Assembly (NCBI GenBank): GCA_015062635.1
Contig: SUUF01000001.1
Coordinates: 1-48,763, forward strand
DNA: 48,763 nucleotides
DNA from: Coriobacteriaceae bacterium
GTDB taxonomy: Bacteria > Actinomycetota > Coriobacteriia > Coriobacteriales > Eggerthellaceae
Direction: 5' to 3'
The position numbers were made by a program, and so were the translations under genes. The notes under the pieces were generated by a model, which was not told where the DNA came from, did no database searches, and worked only from the letters and a program-made list of their open reading frames with translations. This document shows, one piece after another, positions 36,210 through 43,357 of the stretch; position 1 is the stretch's first letter; the number at the start of each line of letters is the position of its first letter.

Positions 36210-36249
36210 CAATCGGTCAGCGTCAAGCCGACAAATAATCTAAATACTA

Positions 36250-38457
36250 TTAGTCACGACGACGCGGCTTGCGGTGGCTGCTGCCATCACCGGGACGACG
36301 GGCCGGACGATCGCCACGTGAGGGACGCTCGCTGCGCTCGCCACGCGGACGGTCGTTGCCGGAAGACGCCGGGGCCTCGGGCTTGTCGACGCGGTCGAGG
36401 CTGATCTTGCCCTGGTCGCTCACCTCGATGACCTCAACCTTCACGGTGTCGCCGAGGTTCAGCACGTCCTCGACGCGGCCGACGCGGCCGTTCGCCATGC
36501 GCGAGATGTGCAGCAGGCCGTCCTTGCTGGCGGTGAGCTTCACGAATGCGCCGAAGTCCTTGATGCCGACGACCTCGCCCTCGAAGACCTCGCCCACCTC
36601 GGGGACCTTGACGATGTCGAGGATGGCCTGCTTGGCCGCCTCGCCGCCCTTGCCCTCGACCGAAGCGATGCGCACGGTGCCGTCTTCCTCGACCTCGATC
36701 TTCGCGCCGGTCTCGTCCTGCAGGCCGCGGATGACCTTGCCGCCGGTGCCGATGACGTCGCGGATCTTGTCGACCGGGATCTTGATGGTCTCGATGCGCG
36801 GGGCGTAATCGGAAAGCGTCTCACGCGGGGCCTCGATCTGCTCGAGCATCGCGTTCAGGATGAACGCGCGACCTTCCTTCGCCTGCGCGAGCGCGCGGCC
36901 GAGGATCTCGGTGGAAAGGCCCTTGGCCTTGTTGTCCATCTGCAGGGCGGTGATGCCCTCGGTGGTGCCGGTCACCTTGAAGTCCATGTCGCCGAGGAAG
37001 TCCTCGATGCCCTGGATGTCGGTGAGGATGACGACGTCATCGCCTTCCTTGATGAGGCCCATGGCCACGCCGGAAACCGGGCGCTTGATGGGCACGCCGG
37101 CATCCATCAGCGCGAGGGTGGAACCGCAGGTGGAAGCCATGGAGCTGGAACCGTTGGACTCGAGCACCTCGCTCACCACGCGGATGGCATAGGGGAATTC
37201 CTCTTCGGAGGGCAGCATCGGCTCGAGCGCGCGGCTCGCGAGCGCGCCGTGGCCGACCTCGCGGCGCTTCGGGGCGCCCATGCGGCCGACCTCGCCGGTG
37301 CAGTACGGCGGGAAGTTGTACTGGTGCATGTAGCGCTTGCCCTCGGCCGGGTCGATGGTGTCGAGGCGCTGCCACTCGGAGAGCATGCCGAGCGTGCAGA
37401 CCGAGAGCACCTGGGTCTGGCCGCGCTGGAAGAGGCCGGAGCCATGCACGCGGGGCAGGTAGCCGGGCTTGATGTACAGCGGACGCACCTCGTTGGCGCG
37501 ACGGCCGTCGGCGCGCTCGCCGGTCTCGATGACCATGCGGCGCATCGCATGCTTCTCGAGGGCTTTGCAGGCGGCGGCGATGTCGCTGCTCCAGGCGGCA
37601 CGCTCTTCCTCGGTGAAGTCGTTCTCCTTGATGGCGGACTTCAGGGCCTCGACCTTGGCCATGCGGTTGAGCTTGTCGGCATCCTTCAGGGCGGCGCTCA
37701 TCTCGTCGAAGTGGGCGTCAACGCGCTCGGCGATGGACGGGTCGGCCACATGGATGGGCCATTCGACGGGCTTGATGTCGCACTTGTCGAGGAACGCCTG
37801 CTGCTTCTCGCAGAACGCGCGGATGGCCTCCTGGCCGAATTCCATGGCGGCGAGCATGTCCTCTTCGGAAATCTCATGCGCGCCGGCTTCGACCATGCTG
37901 ATGAAGTCGGGGCCGCCGGCGATGGTGAGCTCGAGGTCGGAAGCCTCCTGCTCGGCATAGGTGGGGTTCACGATGAACTCGTGGGTCTCGGGGTCGCGGG
38001 CGATCTTCACGCAGGCAACGGGACCCTCGAACGGGGCGCTCGCCAGCATGAGCGCGGCGGAGGCGCCGCCCACGCAGATGCAGTCGGGCTGGTTCTCGCC
38101 GTCGACCACGAAGGTGGTGGCCACGACGTGCACTTCCTGCTTGAAGCCATCGGCGAAGCCCGGGCGGATGGGGCGGTCGATCATGCGGGCGGTGAGCGTG
38201 CCCTTGTCAGACGCCTTGCCCTCGCGCTTCAGGTAGCCGCCGGGAATGCGGCCGACCGCGTACATCTTCTCCATGTAGTCGACGGTCAGCGGGAAGAAGT
38301 CGTAATCCTTCTCGTCCTTCGAGATGACGGCCGTCACGAGGATCTGGGTCTCGCCCTGCGTGACGAGGACGGCACCGTTGGCCTGCTTGGCCAGCTCGCC
38401 CGTCTCGAAGCGGTACTGCTTGCCGTAGAGCTCGAAGCTTTCAACGATCTTGTTCAA
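36250..38457 (-). CDS. pnp: Polyribonucleotide nucleotidyltransferase (PNPase)
   Basis: Two RNase PH domains (GSSSMASTCG), KH and S1 domains, and an Arg/Pro-rich basic C-terminal tail. Start set to TTG 38457 (LNKIVESFELYGKQYRFETG) after GAGAAAGAGAAAG; the ORF track extends to 38571. Confidence 0.93.
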   Translation of the reverse strand: MNKIVESFELYGKQYRFETGELAKQANGAVLVTQGETQILVTAVISKDEKDYDFFPLTVDYMEKMYAVGRIPGGYLKREGKASDKGTLTARMIDRPIRPGFADGFKQEVHVVATTFVVDGENQPDCICVGGASAALMLASAPFEGPVACVKIARDPETHEFIVNPTYAEQEASDLELTIAGGPDFISMVEAGAHEISEEDMLAAMEFGQEAIRAFCEKQQAFLDKCDIKPVEWPIHVADPSIAERVDAHFDEMSAALKDADKLNRMAKVEALKSAIKENDFTEEERAAWSSDIAAACKALEKHAMRRMVIETGERADGRRANEVRPLYIKPGYLPRVHGSGLFQRGQTQVLSVCTLGMLSEWQRLDTIDPAEGKRYMHQYNFPPYCTGEVGRMGAPKRREVGHGALASRALEPMLPSEEEFPYAIRVVSEVLESNGSSSMASTCGSTLALMDAGVPIKRPVSGVAMGLIKEGDDVVILTDIQGIEDFLGDMDFKVTGTTEGITALQMDNKAKGLSTEILGRALAQAKEGRAFILNAMLEQIEAPRETLSDYAPRIETIKIPVDKIRDVIGTGGKVIRGLQDETGAKIEVEEDGTVRIASVEGKGGEAAKQAILDIVKVPEVGEVFEGEVVGIKDFGAFVKLTASKDGLLHISRMANGRVGRVEDVLNLGDTVKVEVIEVSDQGKISLDRVDKPEAPASSGNDRPRGERSERPSRGDRPARRPGDGSSHRKPRRRD

Positions 38458-38600
38458 TTCTTTCTCTTTCTCTCTCCCCCACGCCCTATTGCGAGGGGCT
38501 TCTTCGGCGGCTCGGCCCACTCCGGCCGCCGCGAGCAGCTGCACACCTCGTGCCGCCGACCGCTTCCGCACCGGCGCCCATCATGAGGCCCCGGATACGA

Positions 38601-38627
38601 CAAAAGGCCCGCTCGTCGGAGCGGGCC
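38601..38627 (-). terminator. rpsO terminator / rpsO-pnp intergenic hairpin
   Basis: GGCCCGCTC-cgac-GAGCGGGCC followed by TTTTG on the minus strand, 13 nt after the rpsO stop and about 145 nt before the pnp start. Confidence 0.8.
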
Positions 38628-38639
38628 GTTTGCTGCGTC

Positions 38640-38927
38640 TTAGAGGTTGTCGCGGATACCCAGCTTTGCGATAAGGGCGCGGTACTCCTCGATGTCGCGG
38701 TCCTTGATGTAGACCAGCATGCGACGGCGCTTACCGATGAGCTTCAACAGGCCCGTGCGGGTGTGGAAGTCCTTCTTGTGCACCTTCAGGTGCTCGGTGA
38801 GGTTGCGGATGCGCTCCGTGAGGATGGCAACCTGGACCTCGGCGCTGCCGGAGTCGTTCGGCGTCTTGCCGTACTCGGCCATGAGCTCGGCGACGCGCTC
38901 CTTGGAAATGCTGTTGCGATCAGCCAT
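38640..38927 (-). CDS. rpsO: 30S ribosomal protein S15
   Basis: 95 aa from ATG 38927 ([61 protein letters not shown]). Confidence 0.95.
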   Translation of the reverse strand: MADRNSISKERVAELMAEYGKTPNDSGSAEVQVAILTERIRNLTEHLKVHKKDFHTRTGLLKLIGKRRRMLVYIKDRDIEEYRALIAKLGIRDNL

Positions 38928-39111
38928 GATTTCACCTATCTTTCTTTCCTTACTTTCCGCTGAGCCGGCATCCGGTGAAAATGCCCGCCAAGCGAAAAGC
39001 GCCTGAAAACACAACCGGAAGAATATAACCGTTCTTGCCACCAGGGGCAATGACCTCTATTATTCACACACATAAATTTGGGGGCAGTGAGTTCCCGACA
39101 AAGGAGACGAT

Positions 39112-39363
39112 ATGTACAACTACATTCCGGAGCGTGTGTGCTCGCGGGCCATACAGGTCGAGCTCGATGCGAACGACCGGGTGAAGAGCGTGAATTTCAT
39201 CGGCGGCTGCGATGGCAACCTCAAGGCCATCGGCAAGCTCGTGAAGGGGATGTCGGTCGACGAGGTGGCCGAGGTCTTGGAAGGCAACGACTGCAAGGGA
39301 CGCGGCACGAGCTGCGCCGACCAGCTCGTCAAGGCGCTGCGCGGCGCACAGGCCGCGAAGTAG
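39112..39363 (+). CDS. TSCPD-domain small protein (TIGR03905-like, conserved Cys residues)
   Basis: 83 aa. CSRAIQVELD...FIGGCDGNLKAIGKLVKGMSVDEV...CKGRGTSCADQL. SD AAAGGAG lies upstream. Confidence 0.7.
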   Translation: MYNYIPERVCSRAIQVELDANDRVKSVNFIGGCDGNLKAIGKLVKGMSVDEVAEVLEGNDCKGRGTSCADQLVKALRGAQAAK

Positions 39364-39378
39364 GAATCGGGGGAAACC

Positions 39379-40362
39379 ATGGCTGAAGAGCTCTCGGGCG
39401 ACGCGCTCATCGACGCGTTCTTCGCGGAGAATCCGGATATGGCCGACGGCATGCCGTTGCAGAAGGCGGAATTGCGCTCGGGCTTCCTCACGCTCGTCGG
39501 GCGCCCGAATGCGGGCAAGTCGACGTTGCTCAACGCCATCATGGGCAAGAAGATCGCCATCACGTCGAGCACGGCGCAGACCACGCGCCATCGGTTCCGC
39601 GGCATCTACAACCGCCCGGATGCGCAGCTCATCATCGTCGACACCCCCGGCGTGCACAAACCGCACGACGCCCTGGGCGAGGAGCTCAACGAGAGCGCGA
39701 TGAAGGGCATGGAGGATGTCGACGTCGTGGCGTTCCTGCTCGACGCGAGCATGCCGTTCGGCCGCGGCGACGAGTGGGTGCTGAAGCAGGTGGCTGCGAG
39801 CGACGCGCAGAAGGTGCTCGTGGTGTCGAAGACCGACAAGGTCGATGCCGACGCGCTCGCCGCGCAGATCGACGCCGCCCGCGGCACGGCCGACTGGGAC
39901 GCCATCTGCCCGCTCTCGTCGGTCACCGGCGAAGGCGTGCAGGAATTCATCGACGAGGTATGCGACCTGCTGCCCCCGGGTCCGCGCTGGTTCCCCGAGG
40001 ACATGGAGACCGACCAGCCGCTCGAGGTGATGATCGCCGAGTTCATCCGCGAGAAGATCCTGTACCACACGCACGACGAGGTGCCCCATGCCGTGGGCGT
40101 CGTCTGCGAGGAATTCGAATACGACCGCAAGAAGAAGCTCTACCGCATCTACGCGCTTATCTATGTCGAGCATGAAAGCCAGAAGGGCATCATCATCGGC
40201 AAGGGCGGGCGCGGCATCAGCCGCATCGGCACCGAGGCGCGCGAGGACCTCGAGCAGCTGCTGGGAAAGCGCGTCTACCTGGATTTGCGCGTGAAGGTGC
40301 GCAAGAACTGGCGCCGCGATCTCAACCAGATCCGCCGCTTCGGCTACGGCGAGGGCAACTGA
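39379..40362 (+). CDS. era: GTPase Era
   Basis: G1 GRPNAGKSTLLN, DTPG, SKTDK, and a C-terminal KH domain (IIIGKGGRGISRIG). Confidence 0.93.
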   Translation: MAEELSGDALIDAFFAENPDMADGMPLQKAELRSGFLTLVGRPNAGKSTLLNAIMGKKIAITSSTAQTTRHRFRGIYNRPDAQLIIVDTPGVHKPHDALGEELNESAMKGMEDVDVVAFLLDASMPFGRGDEWVLKQVAASDAQKVLVVSKTDKVDADALAAQIDAARGTADWDAICPLSSVTGEGVQEFIDEVCDLLPPGPRWFPEDMETDQPLEVMIAEFIREKILYHTHDEVPHAVGVVCEEFEYDRKKKLYRIYALIYVEHESQKGIIIGKGGRGISRIGTEAREDLEQLLGKRVYLDLRVKVRKNWRRDLNQIRRFGYGEGN

Positions 40363-40368
40363 TCCTCT

Positions 40369-40452
40369 GGGGACATACATGTGTCGCCCGGGGACATACA
40401 TGTGGCGACCGGGGACATACATGTGGCGACCGGTGTATGTCCCCGGGCGACC
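40369..40452 (+). repeat. 21-bp tandem repeat array, cluster 1 (4 units; the last carries an inverted core that forms a hairpin)
   Basis: Units at 40369, 40390, 40411 and 40432: GGGGACATACATGTG(T/G)CG(C/A)CC x3, then GGTGTATGTCCCCGGGCGACC. A 12-bp stem CCGGGGACATAC (40409-40420) / GTATGTCCCCGG (40435-40446) encloses a 14-nt loop. Confidence 0.9.
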
Positions 40453-40515
40453 AGGGACACACCCCTCCAAACGGCATAACGCCCCTTTCAATACCCGCAC
40501 CGATCCGGAGACGCA

Positions 40516-41265
40516 ATGGCAGGAAACACTTACAAGGAACGGGTGATCGTGCTGCGCAAGACGCGTTTGCGCGAAGCCGATCTTGTGGTGACGCTGCTCG
40601 CCGAAGACGGGCGGCAAATACGCGCCGTTGCGAAGGGCGCGCTGAAGCCCTCGGGGAGTTTCGCCTCTCGCCTGGAACTGTACTCATGCGCCGATGTCCT
40701 GCTCGTGAAGGGCCGCTCTCTCGACATCGTGAAAGAAGCGCGCCTGGTTGATGCGCATGCGCAACTGCGCTTCGATTTTGACCGAAGCGTCTGCGCAGCT
40801 CCCATGGCGGAACTCTTGGCGCAAGCAACCCAGGACGAGTTGCCGGTGGAACGGCTGTTTCCCATGACGCAAGCCGCGCTTTCCTGCTTGGAATCGGTCG
40901 ACTGTTCGCGCACGCGCCTCGTGATGAGCGCATTTCTGCTGAAGGCGGCGTCGCTGCTGGGCTTTCGGCCGAGCCTGGCGCATTGCACCGATTGCGGGCG
41001 ACCGCGCGAGGCGGGCGCACCGTGGATGTTCTCGTTTTCCGCCGGCGGCATGCTATGCCCCGAATGTGCGGTCATGCATGCGGCGGCGACAGCCCAGCCA
41101 GCTTCAGCCGTGCTCGCCGATGCGCTCATCCATGCCACCTTCGCCCAGGTTGCGGCCATGGATGTTGATCAACGCTCGCAAGTCGACCTCGCCCGCTTCA
41201 CCGGAAGCTGGATCCAGGAGCACATGACGACCCTGAAAAGCCTCCCCTTCGCCTGCGCCCTCTAA
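40516..41265 (+). CDS. recO: DNA repair protein RecO
   Basis: OB-fold N-terminus (KERVIVLRKTRLREADLVVTLL) and zinc motif CTDCG...CPEC. Downstream of era. Confidence 0.88.
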   Translation: MAGNTYKERVIVLRKTRLREADLVVTLLAEDGRQIRAVAKGALKPSGSFASRLELYSCADVLLVKGRSLDIVKEARLVDAHAQLRFDFDRSVCAAPMAELLAQATQDELPVERLFPMTQAALSCLESVDCSRTRLVMSAFLLKAASLLGFRPSLAHCTDCGRPREAGAPWMFSFSAGGMLCPECAVMHAAATAQPASAVLADALIHATFAQVAAMDVDQRSQVDLARFTGSWIQEHMTTLKSLPFACAL

Positions 41266-41274
41266 CGCAACATC

Positions 41275-41350
41275 GGGGACATACATGTGGCGACCGGGGA
41301 CATACATGTGGCGACCGGGGACATACATGTGGCGACCGGGGACATACATG
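41275..41350 (+). repeat. 21-bp tandem repeat array, cluster 2 (3 identical units plus a 13-nt partial unit)
   Basis: GGGGACATACATGTGGCGACC at 41275, 41296 and 41317. Partial GGGGACATACATG at 41338-41350. Starts 10 nt after the recO stop. Confidence 0.92.
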
Positions 41351-41388
41351 CCACGGCCACGTTTCGCCTCATCGCATAGCCCGAATAA

Positions 41389-41619
41389 TCATTCATCGCC
41401 ACGAGAACCGTCAAGGCTCACAAAAGCGTAGCTAACCTCTTCCATGACGTCCACCACGGCATCTTCCTGGATTACCCCAGCCATGGAAGCCGGGCAGATT
41501 ATCACCCATGGCTTGTTATTCTTCAGAACGGTCACGGGCTTTCCGGTCCTGTTCACCTCGCTTGTAAGTTTGGAAAAGTTCTTTTTCGCCTCGGCGAGGC
41601 CAATCGTGAATGCCGCCAT
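41389..41619 (-). CDS. Phd/YefM family antitoxin (orphan; no toxin gene adjacent)
   Basis: 76 aa. FTIGLAEAKKNFSKLTSEVNRTGKPVTVLKNNKPWVIICP. SD GGGAAGGA. Confidence 0.7.
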   Translation of the reverse strand: MAAFTIGLAEAKKNFSKLTSEVNRTGKPVTVLKNNKPWVIICPASMAGVIQEDAVVDVMEEVSYAFVSLDGSRGDE

Positions 41620-41637
41620 CTCGTCCTTCCCAACGAC

Positions 41638-41665
41638 TTGCGTTAACCTTCTTTCTGACTAGAAT
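41638..41665 (+). promoter_or_regulatory. Candidate promoter TTGCGT-16 nt-TAGAAT for the 41704 ORF
   Basis: -35 at 41638-41643, -10 at 41660-41665. The AT-rich divergent intergenic region contains the inverted repeat AGAAT(41661)...ATTCT(41676). Confidence 0.4.
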
Positions 41666-41703
41666 ATAGCATACAATTCTGGTCATTGAGGAAAGGAGCA
41701 ATC

Positions 41704-41967
41704 ATGGCATTATATTGGCCCGATCAAAAAGTCGCCCTCGATATTGTTGACGATGCATTGGCGGAACATATTGGCCCAGGAGACCTACCCTCAGACTGGA
41801 GAGTCCTCCGAGTAACAGCCGCCCAGGTAGATAACCTGGAAGGAATGCGTCAAATAGGTGACACCCTATGCATCATGTTGGGCGTCGATCCGCCCGAGAA
41901 GACCCCCGAATGGCTTGAGGCGAATGAGCGCTTGTTTAATGCATTGCGCACACCCCTTTGGCTTTAG
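41704..41967 (+). CDS. Hypothetical small protein, possibly a degenerate DUF559/Vsr-fold fragment
   Basis: ATG 41704 lies 5 nt after GGAAAGGAG. LYWPDQKVALDIVDD...DWRVLRVTAAQV resembles the core and C-terminal strands of DUF559 endonuclease-like proteins, but the usual E-x-D-G and K residues are absent. Confidence 0.35.
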   Translation: MALYWPDQKVALDIVDDALAEHIGPGDLPSDWRVLRVTAAQVDNLEGMRQIGDTLCIMLGVDPPEKTPEWLEANERLFNALRTPLWL

Positions 41968-42009
41968 AGCTGCCCATGGGCAGATTCCGACAATTCCGAG
42001 GAGGCTCAA

Positions 42010-42789
42010 ATGGCACGCATGGCACGGCAGTTGGCTGGAACGGGGTTTTATCATGTCGTGAGCAAAGGAGATGGCGGGCGGCTCATTTTCGAGTCAGACA
42101 AGAGCCGGTTGAAATACCTGACGCTCCTTGATGAAACGCTCGGGGAGCATCGTGTTTTACTGCACGCATACTGCCTGATGGGCAACCACGTGCATCTTCT
42201 TCTGCAAGACCCCGAAGATGAGTTAAGCGCTTTCATGAAAAGGCTGAACGAATCGTACGCGCGGTATTTTGCCTGGACGACTGGTCATGTGGGCCATGTA
42301 TTCCAGGGAAGGTTTTGGAGTGGGCCCATCGATACCGACGAGCGTTTTCTCACGACCATGCGCTACATCCACGCTAATCCGGAACCTGCGCGGATATGCC
42401 GCGCACAAGATTACCCGTGGAGCAGTTATCGCGCATACACACGTGCCCCGAGCATCACTTCGGCGAAAGGACATCCCAGCGTTGAAGTGCAGTTCGCCCT
42501 TTCACTGCTCGGGGGCGTCGAGTCTTTCGCGCAATTCAGCAGGTCAGGAGGAAACTACCCACGCCCCTTCCCCGAATGTGCGATGAAGGGCCATCTTTCC
42601 GATGATGAGATGGCCACGATAGCGGTTAACCTGCTTGGACGCGATGTCCTTACAGAGATCCGGAGCATGGAACCTAAGAAACGAGAAGCGCACCTTGCCC
42701 GGCTTTCCCGTGCGGGATTTAGCAAGAGCGAGATTGCGCGACTGACCGGACTTGGAAAAACATCCATATCCCGTGCGCTTCGCTGTTAA
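42010..42789 (+). CDS. IS200-like Y1 (HUH) transposase of the REP-associated (RAYT / COG1943) type with C-terminal HTH
   Basis: FYHVVSKGDGGRLIF, HUH motif in CLMGNHVHLLLQ, FQGRFWS, catalytic Tyr motif MRYIHANP, PWSSYRAY. C-terminal HTH is GFSKSEIARLTGLGKTSISRAL. SD GAGGAGG lies 5 nt upstream. Confidence 0.8.
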   Translation: MARMARQLAGTGFYHVVSKGDGGRLIFESDKSRLKYLTLLDETLGEHRVLLHAYCLMGNHVHLLLQDPEDELSAFMKRLNESYARYFAWTTGHVGHVFQGRFWSGPIDTDERFLTTMRYIHANPEPARICRAQDYPWSSYRAYTRAPSITSAKGHPSVEVQFALSLLGGVESFAQFSRSGGNYPRPFPECAMKGHLSDDEMATIAVNLLGRDVLTEIRSMEPKKREAHLARLSRAGFSKSEIARLTGLGKTSISRALRC

Positions 42790-42900
42790 CGGCTCGGTTG
42801 CATTGCGCGTATCCTTCAGATTAGCCGCTCGTGCGCTTCGGGAATGCAATTGGCGAACGGGGCATACCTCAGGTAGTCAGCTTGTTCCCGCCTATAGCAA

Positions 42901-42973
42901 GTATGTCCCCGGTCGCCACATGTATGTCCCCGGCCGCCACATGTATGTCCCCGGCCGCCACATGTATGTCCCC
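42901..42973 (-). repeat. 21-bp tandem repeat array, cluster 3 (inverse orientation: a 10-nt partial unit plus 3 units)
   Basis: GTATGTCCCC (42901), then GG(T/C)CGCCACATGTATGTCCCC at 42911, 42932 and 42953. A plus-oriented degenerate copy GGCGAACGGGGCATAC (42852-42867) can pair with 42901-42917. The array ends 16 nt before the dgkA stop. Confidence 0.92.
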
Positions 42974-42988
42974 AAGCGACTCGTGCTC

Positions 42989-43357
42989 CTAGTGGAACAG
43001 GGCGAGGATCTTCGGGAGGAAGATGACAATGCCGACGGCGAGGCTGCCGAGGGCGAACAGCAGCACAGCGCCCGCAGCCTGGTCTTTCGCGGCCTTCGCG
43101 TCGGGATGCCTATCGGGCATGGCCAAATCGACCGTATGCTCGATGGCGGTGTTGAAGCACTCGCCGCCGAGCACCAGGCCGCAGCAGATGAAGATGGCAA
43201 GCCATTCCAGCTCGGATATCTGGAAGATGAGCCCGAGCGCGATGGCCAGCACGCCGCCCGCCGCCTGGATGCGGATGTTGTGGCCTTCCTGGAAGGTGGC
43301 GATGATGCCGTCGATTGCGTACTTGAACGATGAGACGACCGTATAGCGCGGCTTCAT
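42989..43357 (-). CDS. dgkA: Diacylglycerol/undecaprenol kinase
   Basis: 122 aa from ATG 43357. FKYAIDGI, ECFNTAIEHTVD, three TM helices. ATGA overlap with the ybeY stop. Confidence 0.88.
   Translation of the reverse strand: MKPRYTVVSSFKYAIDGIIATFQEGHNIRIQAAGGVLAIALGLIFQISELEWLAIFICCGLVLGGECFNTAIEHTVDLAMPDRHPDAKAAKDQAAGAVLLFALGSLAVGIVIFLPKILALFH

Larger units (their letters stand above)
41275..42973. mobile_element. RAYT-type (IS200-like Y1 transposase) islet bounded by mirror-image 21-bp repeat arrays
   Basis: Inverted arrays lie at 41275-41350 and 42901-42973, with the partial units facing inward on both sides. The interior is visibly lower in GC and carries a Y1/HUH transposase, an antitoxin-like gene and a small ORF. 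No tnpB and no obvious target-site duplication. Confidence 0.6.

Noticed and set aside
41351-41703. Search for a toxin partner, either downstream of the antitoxin-like gene or as a reverse-order toxin upstream.
   Set aside because: Only 38 nt separate its stop from the repeat array. The upstream 84 nt is a divergent promoter region. The only other track ORFs here (41444..41662(+), 41516..41701(-)) overlap the antitoxin gene out of frame and look spurious.
41275-42973. A conventional IS200/IS605 insertion sequence (tnpA plus tnpB with subterminal hairpins), or an OMEGA/TnpB-type system with guide RNA.
   Set aside because: There is no TnpB/IscB-like ORF in or near the islet. The ends are inverted tandem-repeat arrays, unlike IS200/IS605 ends. 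The protein carries the longer COG1943/RAYT-like architecture with an extra HTH.
40369-43333. Repeat peptides PGRHMYVPGRHMYVP in track ORFs (39064..40617(-), 41104..41349(-), 42752..43333(+)) as a possible repeat-containing protein.
   Set aside because: They are just translations of the 21-bp DNA repeat (7 codons per unit) inside ORFs that otherwise run antisense to era, recO or dgkA. They have no independent start context.
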